Origin: an uncultured Rivularia sp.
GTDB lineage: Bacteria; Cyanobacteriota; Cyanobacteriia; Cyanobacteriales; Nostocaceae
Assembly (NCBI GenBank): GCA_963665115.1
Contig: OY762007.1
Span: forward strand, 4,128,001 to 4,192,000
Direction: 5' to 3'
Length of the DNA stretch: 64,000 nucleotides
A program made the translations under genes and the position numbers. A model generated the notes under the pieces. The model made no database searches. It saw nothing but the letters and a program-made list of their open reading frames with translations, and was not told the origin of the DNA. This document shows positions 28,207 through 39,745 of this stretch, piece after piece; the stretch's first letter is position 1; each line of letters begins with the position of its first letter.

Positions 28207-30407
28207 AATATCGCTATCCAGATTAAAACCAGATCCATTTAGGGAAGCAACGGTATTTCCTTCATAGGATAAAGTACCGCCAACTGTGATTGTCTGTTTG
28301 AATGGGGCCCCCATCCGATATTTATAGTCTGAGAACTATAACTAAAGTCATCCAAACTAGCATCAGAAATTCCAAGAGCTTGAACATCTATACCGATTTT
28401 GTCTCCCTGGCTAGAATTAAAGTCAGTAATTATGTCATAACTACCAAAATCATCTAAGACGAACAAGTCACTACCATTATTACCACTGAGAGTATCTCTT
28501 CCGGCACCACCATACAAAGTATCGTTACCAGCTTTACCAAGTAGATTATCCTGTCCGGAACCACCATAGACAATATCGTGGTTAGCACCAGCATAGATAG
28601 TATCATTACCGTCACCACCTACCAAGATGTCGTTGCCATTATAGCCTTTGATGAAATCTGCACCATCGCTACCAAAAATATAATCGATACTATTTGAACC
28701 ATTTAGAGTATCGTTACTGTTCGTACCTGCTTGGAAGTTATCATTAAAACCGGCTAAAACCCCCGTGGTACCAGCAGCGGTAATTGCCATGCCTAAGTTA
28801 TAAGCATCTACTCTCTGGAAATCTAACCCTGTATTGGTAACGTTATCATTTTCGTCATCACCGTCATTAATAGTCACACCAGTAACTTGCATTAAATCGC
28901 GGAATTCTTCTACAGATAATCTGCGTCCTAATTCTTGTACTGCTAAGTCTTGGGCTAAAGTAGCGATACCAGCAATGAAAGGTGAAGCTTGAGAGGTACC
29001 TGCCGATGCCATATATCCACCAGTAGCATTAGCACCAGTAATTAATGCTCCAGGAGCAAAAATATCGAGTAAAGTTTCGTGTCTTTGGGAAAAACTAGCA
29101 ATCCTATCTACATCGCTGCTGTAATCAGTTGCACCACTGCCATAACCAATTGCACCTTCATTCTCTTCATATACTGCACCTACGGTAATAACATCCGAAT
29201 GTGCGCCAAAGACATTGACTCCCTGTTCGCTGCTATTGCCATAAAAATCGTTACCAGCAGCAGCAGCGACTATGACATCATTATTTGCTAAAGTCTGAAA
29301 TACATTGCTAAAACTACTAACTACTTCAGTATTGTAATTACCAGAACCAAGGGATAAGTTAACGCTGGCAATATTATAGGTATCGATGTTACTTGTCACC
29401 CATTGTAAGGCTTCATAAACATCAGTCATAGAAGCGCTAAGGCCACTATCATCAAACACTTTTAAGTGAATGATATCGGCACCAGAGGCAATGTTCCCAG
29501 CGATGCTAGAAACGTGAGAACCATGTCCGTTATAGTCTTGAGCATTATTGTCATTGTTGCCATAAAAATCATAAGAATAAGCAATGCGATCGGCAAAAAC
29601 GGAATGGTCTAAGTCAATTCCGGTATCAATGATAACCATTGAAAAACCAGAACCATCAACGTTAGCGCCAAAAGTGTTATTAAAATCATCCAATCCAACA
29701 GCATCATAGCCACTGTCAAATTGAGGTGTGAAAACATCTTCAGAACTTACATCAACTCTGATTACTTCTTGGGTTGTAGCAACAAATTCCTCATTTACAG
29801 ATTCTGAGTTGGAAGTATTGCTATTCTCACTTACACTATTGTCAGATTCGGTATTTTCAGCTTCAGTTTGATTTTGAACCTGGCTATTGTTGGTTTGACC
29901 GTTCTCAGATTCTTCTAAGTCTTGATTATCTTGGAAAAGATTTTCAGAATTATTCGAGTTTGATAAATCAAAATCTTTTTCTTTTTCTGGTTTATTTGGA
30001 TTGGATTTATTATTAACAGTTGTTTTCTTGACGATTTTAGGTAAATCTGCAAAAAAGTCTTCTCGTAAATTGTAATTATTTAGAAGAGATAAAACTTCTT
30101 TGAAGCTATTATAAATATTGGCGCTATTTACCTCATTTTCTACATCTACAGTTGTGCTGTTTGTATTTAGTATGTTATTAACTTCTGCTACATACTGGCT
30201 ATTATCAGATACAACTTGTTGCAGATTATTTATTTGCTCATCAGTCAAAGATAAATCACTTACACCATAGTTGGTAAGCATCCACCATTCGACAAACCCC
30301 GCTTTCCATTCACCATCTGTTAACTGTTCCCAATACTCATCTGAAAATACTTTTTCCAATTTTTCTTTATTCTTAACTGCTGAATTTTTATGGTTATTTA
30401 CAGACAT
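28195..30407 (-). CDS. Subtilisin-like S8 protease with RTX repeats (apparent frameshift near 28305)
   Basis: Catalytic triad IIDTG, HGSHV, GTSQASP; GGxGxD repeats. Shifting frame at GGGGGCCCC gives a T1SS-like tail ...GFNLDSDITFV* ending at 28195. Confidence 0.85.
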
Positions 30408-30940
30408 GATAATTCTCTCAAATTTATAAAATTGTTAAAATTTTGTTTGTCTTATTTGAATAGAGAGTTGAAGTTTTTCTCTATCTGTTAAACATCATAT
30501 TTATTATTTTTCTAATCGTAAATAGAAAATTGATGATATTTTGTTGTAGAAAATAAATGGTTTATGTAAAGTTGATAATAGTTGATAAAAGTAAATGCTT
30601 TTTCTAATTACTATTGACATTTAGCGAATATATTAAGTAATATTTTTTTATCTTAAGTATATTAATCGAGATGAATTCACTTTATTCAAAATGAAAAATA
30701 TATTGAAATACTGTTTGATTGCTGAAACTAATACTTTACCCGATACCCGTTTATGGTTGCGGCTGATAGCCTGCGGGCTTTTGCCATCCGAAGGGATGCT
30801 TTCTGCTCAATTATCTGGACTTGATGTTGAACAAAAAAATAGAGATGTCAAACTAAACATCTCCAAAAGAAAAGAAAATAGAACACAATAAGTTTTACCC
30901 ACCAAAAAATAATGACTTATATATAATTTTATAAAAATAT

Positions 30941-32527
30941 TTATAAATTAACTAATAACCTCGCTTTTCTCAGCATAAATGTTAAAACTGTTTCTTCCTT
31001 AGAAATAATATCTGCACTACCTTCCATACCTAATTGAATATTACATTGTTTCCCAGCTACATTTAAGATTAAATTATCGGGTTTAATTTGTACTTGATAA
31101 CTTGCTCCTTGAGGAACTATTCCCATTGGGGAAGCGGAGTTAGAAGCAATTGAATTAGATTGAGGATTGATTGCATCGGGGGAAATACTGCTAACCCTTC
31201 CTTTAAGAGTTCCATAATCGGGATAGGGACAAGCTGATACTCGCATATGTACTATTTGCCCAAGCTCAACTTTACTGATTTCCCCAGAGGGTATGCTGGC
31301 TTTAATTTCTAAAGGTGTGTCACTAGGAGCAATTTGAGCAATCATTTCTCCAGCACGAATCACCTGGGAGGTATTTCGCAAATTTAATTGGGCAATTATT
31401 CCAGAAGCGGAAGCTCGAATGTTAATATCTTCTAGTTCGGTTTCTATTTGTTGTAAATCTTTTTTATAAGTTTGTAATTGATTCTGTAACTGTGCTTGAT
31501 TTTGCATCAATTGTTCTTTTTGCTGCTTGAGTCTGGATGAAGTCGCTTCTCCCCTAGCTCTTTCTTGTGCAATTCTTTCTCGTGCGATCGCAATTTCTGC
31601 TGGAGTAGGATTAAGAGTAGTTTTTACCTTCTTTAATCTTGCATTCGCTACTTCTATCGCTCTTTGTTGCTTAGCAACGGTTTGTTTATGAGCTTCAACT
31701 ATGGCTTTTTGTGATTCTAGAGCTTGTTGTTGTTGCTCGACTGCGAGAATAGCTTCATCATATCTGTCTCGGGAAAGCGCACCCGATTCAACAATTGATT
31801 TATAGCGATCGCGCTTTTTCTTTGCTGTTTTTAAGGAAGCTGCGGTAGAGCGTAAATTAGCTTGAGCCGATTTTAATTCTGATTTACTTCTTCGTAAATC
31901 TTCTTGCATTAATCTAACATTAGCCGTCGCTTCTTCAACATCGGAGATAGCGCTAATTTGACGGTTTTGATGCTCCCTTTGAGTACGTTGCAATTCCGCT
32001 AATCCAGAAGCTACTGCGCGGTTGGTTTGTTCTGCTTCTGCTCTAATTTGATTATCTAATGCTACAATTTGTGCTGTTAATTGAGTTAATTGAATTGTAC
32101 TTTGTTGAATATTTCCTGCTAGGTGACTTTTCTTAGTTTGTAAACGAGAATCATCAAGTACGGCAATGATATCTCCTTGTTTAACTTGTTGATTTCCCTT
32201 AACTAAAATACTATTTACCGTTCCTTCCGTCGCAGCTTGCACCAAACGCAATTCCCCAGCCGGACGAATTGTCGCGGGAACTTTAACTGTAGTCTTATAT
32301 TTAAGGATACTTGTAAGAGTAACACCCGCACCAAAAGCAGCTAAAAGTACTAAACCGCCAATCGTAGTCCATTTACCAATAGGAGGTAAAAAATCTTCTG
32401 GATTTGCAGTATTTATAGATTCTAAATTAATTCCTTTGGGTGATGGTATTGCTTTTTCGATTGATTTTTCTACCCCAGAGAAGGAATTTATATTATTTGA
32501 TATTGAAGGAATATCGGCATTAGTCAT
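30941..32527 (-). CDS. HlyD-family membrane fusion protein
   Basis: Single N-terminal TM helix, lipoyl halves (VKQGDIIA; IRASASGII), long coiled coil, YPDYGTLKGRVSSISPD. Confidence 0.92.
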   Translation of the reverse strand: MTNADIPSISNNINSFSGVEKSIEKAIPSPKGINLESINTANPEDFLPPIGKWTTIGGLVLLAAFGAGVTLTSILKYKTTVKVPATIRPAGELRLVQAATEGTVNSILVKGNQQVKQGDIIAVLDDSRLQTKKSHLAGNIQQSTIQLTQLTAQIVALDNQIRAEAEQTNRAVASGLAELQRTQREHQNRQISAISDVEEATANVRLMQEDLRRSKSELKSAQANLRSTAASLKTAKKKRDRYKSIVESGALSRDRYDEAILAVEQQQQALESQKAIVEAHKQTVAKQQRAIEVANARLKKVKTTLNPTPAEIAIARERIAQERARGEATSSRLKQQKEQLMQNQAQLQNQLQTYKKDLQQIETELEDINIRASASGIIAQLNLRNTSQVIRAGEMIAQIAPSDTPLEIKASIPSGEISKVELGQIVHMRVSACPYPDYGTLKGRVSSISPDAINPQSNSIASNSASPMGIVPQGASYQVQIKPDNLILNVAGKQCNIQLGMEGSADIISKEETVLTFMLRKARLLVNL

Positions 32528-32657
32528 GGTTAAAGGAAAACAGGTAAATTTAAGAAAAGAAAAGGTAGAGATATTGTATTTAACATCTCTACCAAAAAAA
32601 GTGTATAAGAGAATATTTTTTAAGGCAATTAGATGAAAATTCTCATAATTTTTACTA

Positions 32658-32803
32658 TTAAATACTTATCCTCCAAGTAGACGGTACAAAGCTATAAGCA
32701 AGAAAAAATCCACCAGTTAAGTTTTCAGAAGATTCATCTGACAACACTTGAAATATTTTTTTTTAACTTCAGTAGCTATATTTTTCTTCTTTTTGATAGA
32801 CAT
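32658..32803 (-). CDS. Double-glycine leader peptide precursor 3 (frameshift in an A9 run; not in ORF track)
   Basis: With one extra A: MSIKKKKNIATEVKKKIFQVLSDESSENLTGG|FFLAYSFVPSTWRISI*. Confidence 0.65.
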
Positions 32804-32938
32804 GACGATTTTCTCCAAGTTTTGAAAAAGGTTTTATTTAATTTTGGTTTATGAGTGAAGCTGAAAGATTTAGTAATCTAGGTAGTGTATAGTTTGCTTT
32901 GATTTTCTTACTTCAAAAGCTTATCTAGGTTCTTACCT

Positions 32939-33193
32939 TTACGATTTGATTAATATTATGTCTACTTGAGCTTCTTGTTCATCTGATGAAGTTATTGTTG
33001 TTTCTCCGATCACTGTTCCTTCTCCGTCATAATTATCGGCAAACTTAAATAATTTTTTAAGTTCATTTAACCACGAACTACTACTAAACAGTTTATTTAA
33101 AATTGAAGCAGTAATAAATCCACCAGTTAACTGTTCGGAAGCATCATCTGACAATTCTTCAAACAAATGTTGTTGATTTTTGTTACTAAACAT
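32939..33193 (-). CDS. Double-glycine leader peptide precursor 2
   Basis: MFSNKNQQHLFEELSDDASEQLTGG leader followed by FITASILNKLF... Confidence 0.8.
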   Translation of the reverse strand: MFSNKNQQHLFEELSDDASEQLTGGFITASILNKLFSSSSWLNELKKLFKFADNYDGEGTVIGETTITSSDEQEAQVDIILIKS

Positions 33194-33388
33194 TATTTTA
33201 AATCCAAGTTTTTACCAAAGATTTGAGTTAGTTGTACCTTGAGTGAAGTTGAATTATTTCGTAAATTGGGTACTACTCTACTTTAATTTCATAAAAATAG
33301 AGTTTTTTTAGATTTGTTAGAGATATTATAAATAACATCTCCAACAAGATTGCACCTCAATCACTCAAAGTATTTAACGGCTTTATAA

Positions 33389-33628
33389 TTAACCAAACAT
33401 TGAGTTATATTGCGCGAGCAACATTGGTTTTACAATATTTCTCAAAAATTTTGGAAAAGACTTTAATGTATTGCCAAACATTTCATTAAATGATGGGGGT
33501 TCGTCTGTAATATATGTTGGTTGAATATCTTTGGATTCTGCATACAGTTGTTCTCCACCAGTCAAATTTTCAGAAGCTTCATCTGACAATACTTCAAATA
33601 ATTGCTCTTGATTTTTGTTAATAGACAT
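33389..33628 (-). CDS. Double-glycine leader peptide precursor 1
   Basis: MSINKNQEQLFEVLSDEASENLTGG leader followed by EQLYAESKD... Confidence 0.8.
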   Translation of the reverse strand: MSINKNQEQLFEVLSDEASENLTGGEQLYAESKDIQPTYITDEPPSFNEMFGNTLKSFPKFLRNIVKPMLLAQYNSMFG

Positions 33629-34189
33629 TGTTTGAACTCCAAGTTTTAAAAAAGGTTTTAAGTTGTTTTAAGCCTTGATTGAGGTTTTGCTTTGCTGTTC
33701 CTCCATCTGTAAACAATACTAAACGTTTTTTCTCTCAGTGTAAATAAACAAAAGTTGATATCTTTTTTGAAGAATAAACCAACATTTTCATCAAAGTTGA
33801 CAAAAGTTGATATATCCGTTTTTTGCCCTTGCAAAAAACTTGATTGTTGGTGTAATAGTTATTCTTTGCTTTTAATTTTTTTTGATTAAATATGATTGCT
33901 TAGCTTAAGATATTTAATATATGTAATTATTCCCACATTCTTGATAAGAAAGAAGTAAATTAATTAGTGATTATTTTAAATAAAATATGAAGCTGTTGAT
34001 TTTTTTCTAGTAATTTTCACTAACATTTGTTTCTATATCCGCAAATACCACGACTCGAAGAGAAATAATGCAACTACAACTGTCACAGCATTCGCAGCGG
34101 AATTTTACGAAATTATATGATTGCGAGCGGTAGCCTTAACGGCAGCTTTGCGGAACGAAAGTGTAGCGTGTCCCGTATGGACTCAGCAA

Positions 34190-34990
34190 TTTACCCTTAT
34201 ACTGGGAATGTTTACTGTTACGCTACTTCCAGCTTAATATTGCTCCGATAAATGACTACGCAACAATCCATAGATGTTCGTGGGTATCCGGCCATATTTG
34301 AATTTGCGGACGAGCTTCTAGCGCCGTACTAATTAATTGACTGGCAATATCGGCGTGAATAGAAACTCCACTGACTCTATCGCGATAATGAGTATAAAAA
34401 TAGTCATCTAAACTTGCCGCTGTAGGGTCCAATTAAAACAATGCGATCGCGAATAAATTCAGGTGACATTTTCCCTGTTAATACCTGATTCATTGAGATT
34501 GTAGGGAAACCAGAGCGGAGGTTGCGAAAGTTAGCTAATACTTGATAACCACCTATATCATTTCGCAGATAGCCGCCATCCGAAGCATCTAATTCAATTA
34601 GAAAACCTTTACCGAGTTTGAGCGATAAAACTTCTTCTCCAACAAATTCTGGATAAATGCCTTTGCTTTCAAGATAGTTTAAAGCTAACTGCGTTCCCAA
34701 ACCCAAGATAATGTCGCCGTTTTTATCTTCAATAGATAATAGATTACGTCTGACTCTACCATCTTGGTCTACAACTATATCAGAAGCACTTACCTGTCCT
34801 AATTCTTTTAATTTTAGTGGTGGATTAACGAAATTAGAAGCACTACCCGTCATCTTCTAAATTCCGAATAAACTTAGTGTGGATGCAAAAACCTGTACTA
34901 GCTGCTTAAATGCTGGCTCTACAGGTAAATCGCGATAAATATCAAGTCCAATAACTGATGGTTGGTGTTGTTTTACGATTGATAATAATC
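34190..34990 (-). pseudogene. Truncated CHASE2-domain sensor remnant at the right end of nifH element 3
   Basis: PSVIGLDIYRDLPVEP, DIVVDQDGRVRRNLL, RDRIVLIG, SGVSIHADIASQL. Internal stops; N-terminus missing just inside the element boundary. Confidence 0.75.
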
Positions 34991-35029
34991 TCATCTTCCC
35001 AAAAAATATATCCTTGTATGGTCTACACC

Positions 35030-35141
35030 TCTAGAAATGGATGAGTTAGAAGCACTTCTCGTTGAGTTCGGTATCTTGGATGATGATACCAAGAACGCAG
35101 ACGTAATTGGTAAAAAAGCTGAAGAAGTTCCTGCTACCTAG
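35030..35141 (+). CDS. nifH: NifH segment 4 of 4 (C-terminus)
   Basis: [36 protein letters not shown], stop at 35139-35141, immediately upstream of nifD. Confidence 0.95.
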
Positions 35142-35292
35142 TAGTAAGTGATGTCTTAGCGACAAAGGGTAAAGCTAAAGGTACAACTAAACGTTATACC
35201 TTTTACCCTTTACCTTCTACCAAATGCTTCAATCAACTCTTACTATTCCTCAAATCCCAAGTAGTTACCAGTAGTAAAAAAGGCAGAGAAAT

Positions 35293-35525
35293 ATGTCACC
35301 CGTAGATAAGAAGAACACCGTCGAAGAAAGAAAGCAGCTAGTTAACGAAGTTTTAGACGCTTATCCTGAGAAAGCTAAAAAAAGACGTGCTAAGCACCTC
35401 AACGTCCACGAAGAAGGTAAGAGTGATTGTGGCGTAAAGTCTAATGTCAAGTCTCTTCCTGGTGTAATGACCGCTCGTGGTTGTGCATATGCAGGTTCCA
35501 AGGGTGTGGTTTGGGGTCCGATTAA
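35293..35525 (+). CDS. nifD: Nitrogenase MoFe protein alpha chain NifD, segment 1
   Basis: [13 protein letters not shown]...[23 protein letters not shown]; ends at CGATTAA. Confidence 0.96.
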
Positions 35526-37213
35526 AAATATGTTTTATCTTTAAAATAAAATACCCTAAACTGTTTGTAGAGAACAATTTTAAGCAAATTAAATGTTCTT
35601 TACAAGCAGTTATTTTTTAGGGCATATTTAGGATGAAAAAGGTGCATCAAGAAGATTTAGATGATTTATTTGAATATTTTGAAGTTCCGGCAAGCACCGA
35701 TGGAAGCTACATGGGTACACAAGCTCAGGTGAAAGCAACGCAAGAATATATGGATAAAATAATTGAGGAGAAGCTTACAAATATAAATGCAAGACTCAAG
35801 GCGAGTCAAAGCAAGGTAAGTATTAAAAAAGTTGGAAACACTCTACAGTTAAGAGCTACTCTTCCGTTAAAACCTGGCGATACTAATAAATCGGGGAGAA
35901 CTAGAAAGCAATACTTTATCTCTTTAAGTATTCCAGCGAATTTGAACGGATTAAAAACAGCTGAAGAAGAAGCTAATGAATTAGGCACGCTGATTGCAAG
36001 AAAATGCTTTGAATGGAATGACAAATATCTAGGTATAAATACAAATAAACAGGAGTATAAAACTTTTAAGCAAGTATTAGAAACTTTAGAAAATGAATAT
36101 TTTAGTACTAGAAAAAGAACTATTAAGAGCGAGCATAGTTTTTGGCATTTGTATAAACGATATAAACAATATTTTGAATCAAATTTACCAGTTACCAGTG
36201 AAAATATCATTACAATTATTAGAAATATTGGTTCCCCGACATCTCGCGACCAAGCAATCAGAGTCGCTAGGGTATTTTCTCAAATTCATCAAATAGAAGT
36301 CAATTTCAAAAATTTAAAATTGCCTGTAGTCCCTAATGATAGGTATATACCTTCAGATATTGAAATTACAGAAGCTTTTGGAAAATATAAGGTAAAAGGC
36401 AATAATACAAAAGTAAGGAAAGACTATCGAAACTCTTGGAAGCTACACAGGTTAGTATTTGGACTAATTGCTACCTATGGTTTAAGACCGCGTGAGGTAT
36501 TTAATCAACCCGATTTAGAATGGTTTTTAAGTGATGAAAATACCGATTGTACTTGGAAAGTTCATAAGTCAAATAAGACAGGTTACAGAGAAGTTTTGCC
36601 TTTTATACCAGAATGGGTAGAATTATTTGAATTAAAAAATCCAGAGGCTATTTATTTATTGAATCAAAAAATAGAACAGATAACAAGCTTTCATGAATTA
36701 TCACACTTAGTTCAAACTAATGCTCGATGGTTTAGACGCATTCTAGATCTACCGTTTGAACCTTACGATTTAAGGCACGCTTGTGCGATTAGAGCGCATA
36801 TTCAAGGTTTACCAATCAAAGCATCAGCAGATAATTTGGGGCATTCTGTAGAAATGCATACTAAAGTCTATCAGCGTTGGTTCTCTTTAGAAAATCGCAA
36901 GAAAGTTATGAAATCTGCAATCAACAAAAAATCAGATGAACAGTTAGAAGCTGAAAATATCAGGTTAATGGCAGAAAATCAACAACTGAAATACCAATTG
37001 GATAAATTACGGCAAATTTCATCAAATATTCGCTAAAAGTTCTTCAATTAGGGTAGATTTAGGATTCATCAAACCCAAGCATAATTAGCAATTTGATTTA
37101 CTGTTTTAATTTTTAGGGAGCTTGTTTAGGGTAAATTCAGGTTACTCGACTGCGGAGGTTTGCGAAACTACTGTTATATAGATTTTTCAGCAGTCGAAGA
37201 ATATCACGATTAA
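35519..37213. mobile_element. nifD excision element 1 (1688 bp, recombinase only)
   Basis: Direct repeat CGATTAA at 35519-35525 and 37207-37213. Joining gives [20 protein letters not shown]. Confidence 0.94.
35633..37036 (+). CDS. XisA-family tyrosine recombinase of nifD element 1
   Basis: 467 aa. LQLRATLPLKP, GLKTAEEEANELG, GLRPRE, YDLRHACAIR, LGHS..H..VY. Confidence 0.92.
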   Translation: MKKVHQEDLDDLFEYFEVPASTDGSYMGTQAQVKATQEYMDKIIEEKLTNINARLKASQSKVSIKKVGNTLQLRATLPLKPGDTNKSGRTRKQYFISLSIPANLNGLKTAEEEANELGTLIARKCFEWNDKYLGINTNKQEYKTFKQVLETLENEYFSTRKRTIKSEHSFWHLYKRYKQYFESNLPVTSENIITIIRNIGSPTSRDQAIRVARVFSQIHQIEVNFKNLKLPVVPNDRYIPSDIEITEAFGKYKVKGNNTKVRKDYRNSWKLHRLVFGLIATYGLRPREVFNQPDLEWFLSDENTDCTWKVHKSNKTGYREVLPFIPEWVELFELKNPEAIYLLNQKIEQITSFHELSHLVQTNARWFRRILDLPFEPYDLRHACAIRAHIQGLPIKASADNLGHSVEMHTKVYQRWFSLENRKKVMKSAINKKSDEQLEAENIRLMAENQQLKYQLDKLRQISSNIR

Positions 37214-38343
37214 GGACATGATCCACATCAGCCACGGTCCTATCGGTTGTGGTTTCTACTCTTGGTCTGGTCGTCGTAACTACTACATTGGAACCACAGG
37301 TGTTGACTCCTTTGGTACAATGAACTTTACTTCTGACTTCCAAGAAAGAGACATCGTTTTTGGTGGAGATAAGAAGCTCGCCAAAATGATTAACGAAATT
37401 GAAGAACTCTTCCCCCTCAATAGAGGCGTATCAGTTCAATCTGAGTGTCCCATCGGTTTGATTGGTGATGACATCGAAGCGGTTGCTAAGAAGGCATCCA
37501 AAGACCTTGGTAAGCCAGTTATCCCCGCTCGTTGTGAAGGTTTCCGTGGTGTGTCTCAGTCTTTAGGACACCACATCGCTAACGATGCTATTCGTGACTG
37601 GGTATTCCCTGCTGCTGATAAAGCTCACAAGGAAAACACCCTTGATTACGAACAAGGTCCTTACGATGTATCAATCATCGGTGACTACAACATCGGTGGT
37701 GACGCTTGGTCTAGCCGTATCCTCTTAGAAGAAATCGGCTTGCGCGTAGTCGCTCAGTGGTCTGGTGATGGTACTCTCAACGAGATGATGCTCACACCGA
37801 AGGTGAAGATGAACTTGATTCACTGCTACCGTTCGATGAACTACATTTCTCGTCATATGGAAGAAGCTTATGGTATTCCCTGGATGGAATACAACTTCTT
37901 CGGACCTACCAAGATTGCTGAATCTTTGAGAGCGATCGCCGCTAAGTTCGATGAGAAAATCCAAGAGAATGCTGAGAAGGTTATTGCTAAGTACCAGCCT
38001 ACAGCTGATGCAATCCTTGAAAAATACGGCGCTCGTCTAAAAGGCAAGACTGTTGCTTTGATGGTTGGTGGTTTACGTCCTCGTCACGTAGTACCTGCAT
38101 TCACAGACTTGGGAATGGAACTTGTAAGTACTGGTTATGAATTCGGTCATAACGATGACTACAAGCGTACTACCAACTACATTGAAAACGGAACCATCGT
38201 TTACGATGACGTAACTGGTTACGAATTCGAGCAGTTTGTAAAAGGACTTAAGCCCGACATCGTTGGTGCTGGTATTAAAGAGAAGTATGTCTTCCAGAAA
38301 ATGGGTCTTCCCTTCCGTCAAATGCACTCTTGGGATTACTCCG
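37214..38343 (+). CDS. nifD: NifD segment 2 (about 40 C-terminal residues missing from the window)
   Basis: [45 protein letters not shown]. Similarity stops at GGATTACTCCG 38333-38343. Confidence 0.96.
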
Positions 38344-38947
38344 AGCTTACTAATGGTAGTAGAAGTAATACAGAGTGAGCTTTTTAGGGGTTATAAAATT
38401 AAGTAGATTAACTTTAGACTTTAGATTAAATATTAGATTTTAATTACAATAAGATATTTTTTGACCGACACTATAACAAGTTTATTTTATCAAGTTATTT
38501 GCATCAATTAATATTGCGTGTTCTGGAAACTGTAAATTGTAAACCTTTATTGACTACGATTTTTTAGACTAATTTTTTATTGGCTTCGTGATTTTTAATA
38601 GTTTATGCTCTTCCTAAATCTTCTTTTTCAGCTATCAGAAACTTCGTAACAATTAATTAGTAGATTTCACGTATAAATTAAGCTTGTTAAATTTTAAAGC
38701 TTTGTATTATAAACAATAAATTAAAATTTGGCAATAGTCTGAGGTATTAAAAGTGGGTAGATTTTATTTAAATAGAGTATGCTGACAAGCAAGCAAATAG
38801 CAAATACAACAAACAAGAATAAATCATAAATTAATCAATACTATCTTCCATTGGGTTGATACTGCAATCTTTATCTGAGGCTAAATAAAGTAGAAGTATT
38901 GAGCAATCGGGAAAGATTTTCTTGTCAATGAATGAATATGTTTATTT

Positions 38948-39742
38948 TTGACAAGACAAATTATAATGTTTAATATGATTAATTTACATAACTTAATAAC
39001 ACCCAAATCGATGTCTCTGATTATTGGAACCAGGATTCATAGTGGCGGTGGTACCCATACACCTAACTTTTCTCGATTAAAAAAATGGTGCGATCAAGTA
39101 TTAGAGTACGCCGATTATGTGGTGATAGCGACCGACGAACACCTGTTCAACGACATTGCCAATAATGTTTTGGGTTTCGGGAACCGAGTACATTCCCTTT
39201 TGGTTAACCCTTGGAAAGGATTCGCTCATCCTTTAAATGCAATCGTCTATGAAGCAACTTCTTTGGGTGGCAGCAAGCTTTTACTGCAAAGTCCAGAAGT
39301 TTACGTTAATTCGGCAGACATAAAAATACTAGATTTGCATCTAACCGCAGATACATTAGTAGCCGGAGCAAAGATGATTTTAAGTCATGGAGGAGATGCT
39401 GGAGTTAAACCTATAGATGGAATGACTTCACCTTGGAATACTTTGGCTTTGTGGAATTTATCAAAATTGAATATAACGGGATTTTTAGGAGTTTCCAGCG
39501 GACTTCTTAAAGATATACCTGGAGGAATGGAAGAAGTGACAACTATTTCGCTACTGCAACAGCTTTATCCAAATGAAGCTCATGCCAAATTAGTGACTTT
39601 ATCACAGCTAAAGTGGATTAACGATTGGAAGGATTTAAAACGCAAAAAGTACCACGAACAGAAAATGTCCTCAAAATTATCCCGAGCAGAAATACAATTA
39701 AAATACTCCAATATTCAACGGGGAATCGTTACTGTTTTGTAA
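38948..39742 (+). CDS. Hypothetical protein, first gene of a sugar-acid operon
   Basis: 264-aa ORF ending 3 bp before the next gene. No family confidently recognised; the start may be a downstream ATG. Confidence 0.7.
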   Translation: MTRQIIMFNMINLHNLITPKSMSLIIGTRIHSGGGTHTPNFSRLKKWCDQVLEYADYVVIATDEHLFNDIANNVLGFGNRVHSLLVNPWKGFAHPLNAIVYEATSLGGSKLLLQSPEVYVNSADIKILDLHLTADTLVAGAKMILSHGGDAGVKPIDGMTSPWNTLALWNLSKLNITGFLGVSSGLLKDIPGGMEEVTTISLLQQLYPNEAHAKLVTLSQLKWINDWKDLKRKKYHEQKMSSKLSRAEIQLKYSNIQRGIVTVL

Positions 39743-39745
39743 ATC

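Noticed and set aside
30691..30891. 66-aa ORF as a HetP-like protein next to the C39/HlyD genes
   Set aside because: It lacks the HetP-type GKYSWACVL and IPYRTY motifs; left uncalled.
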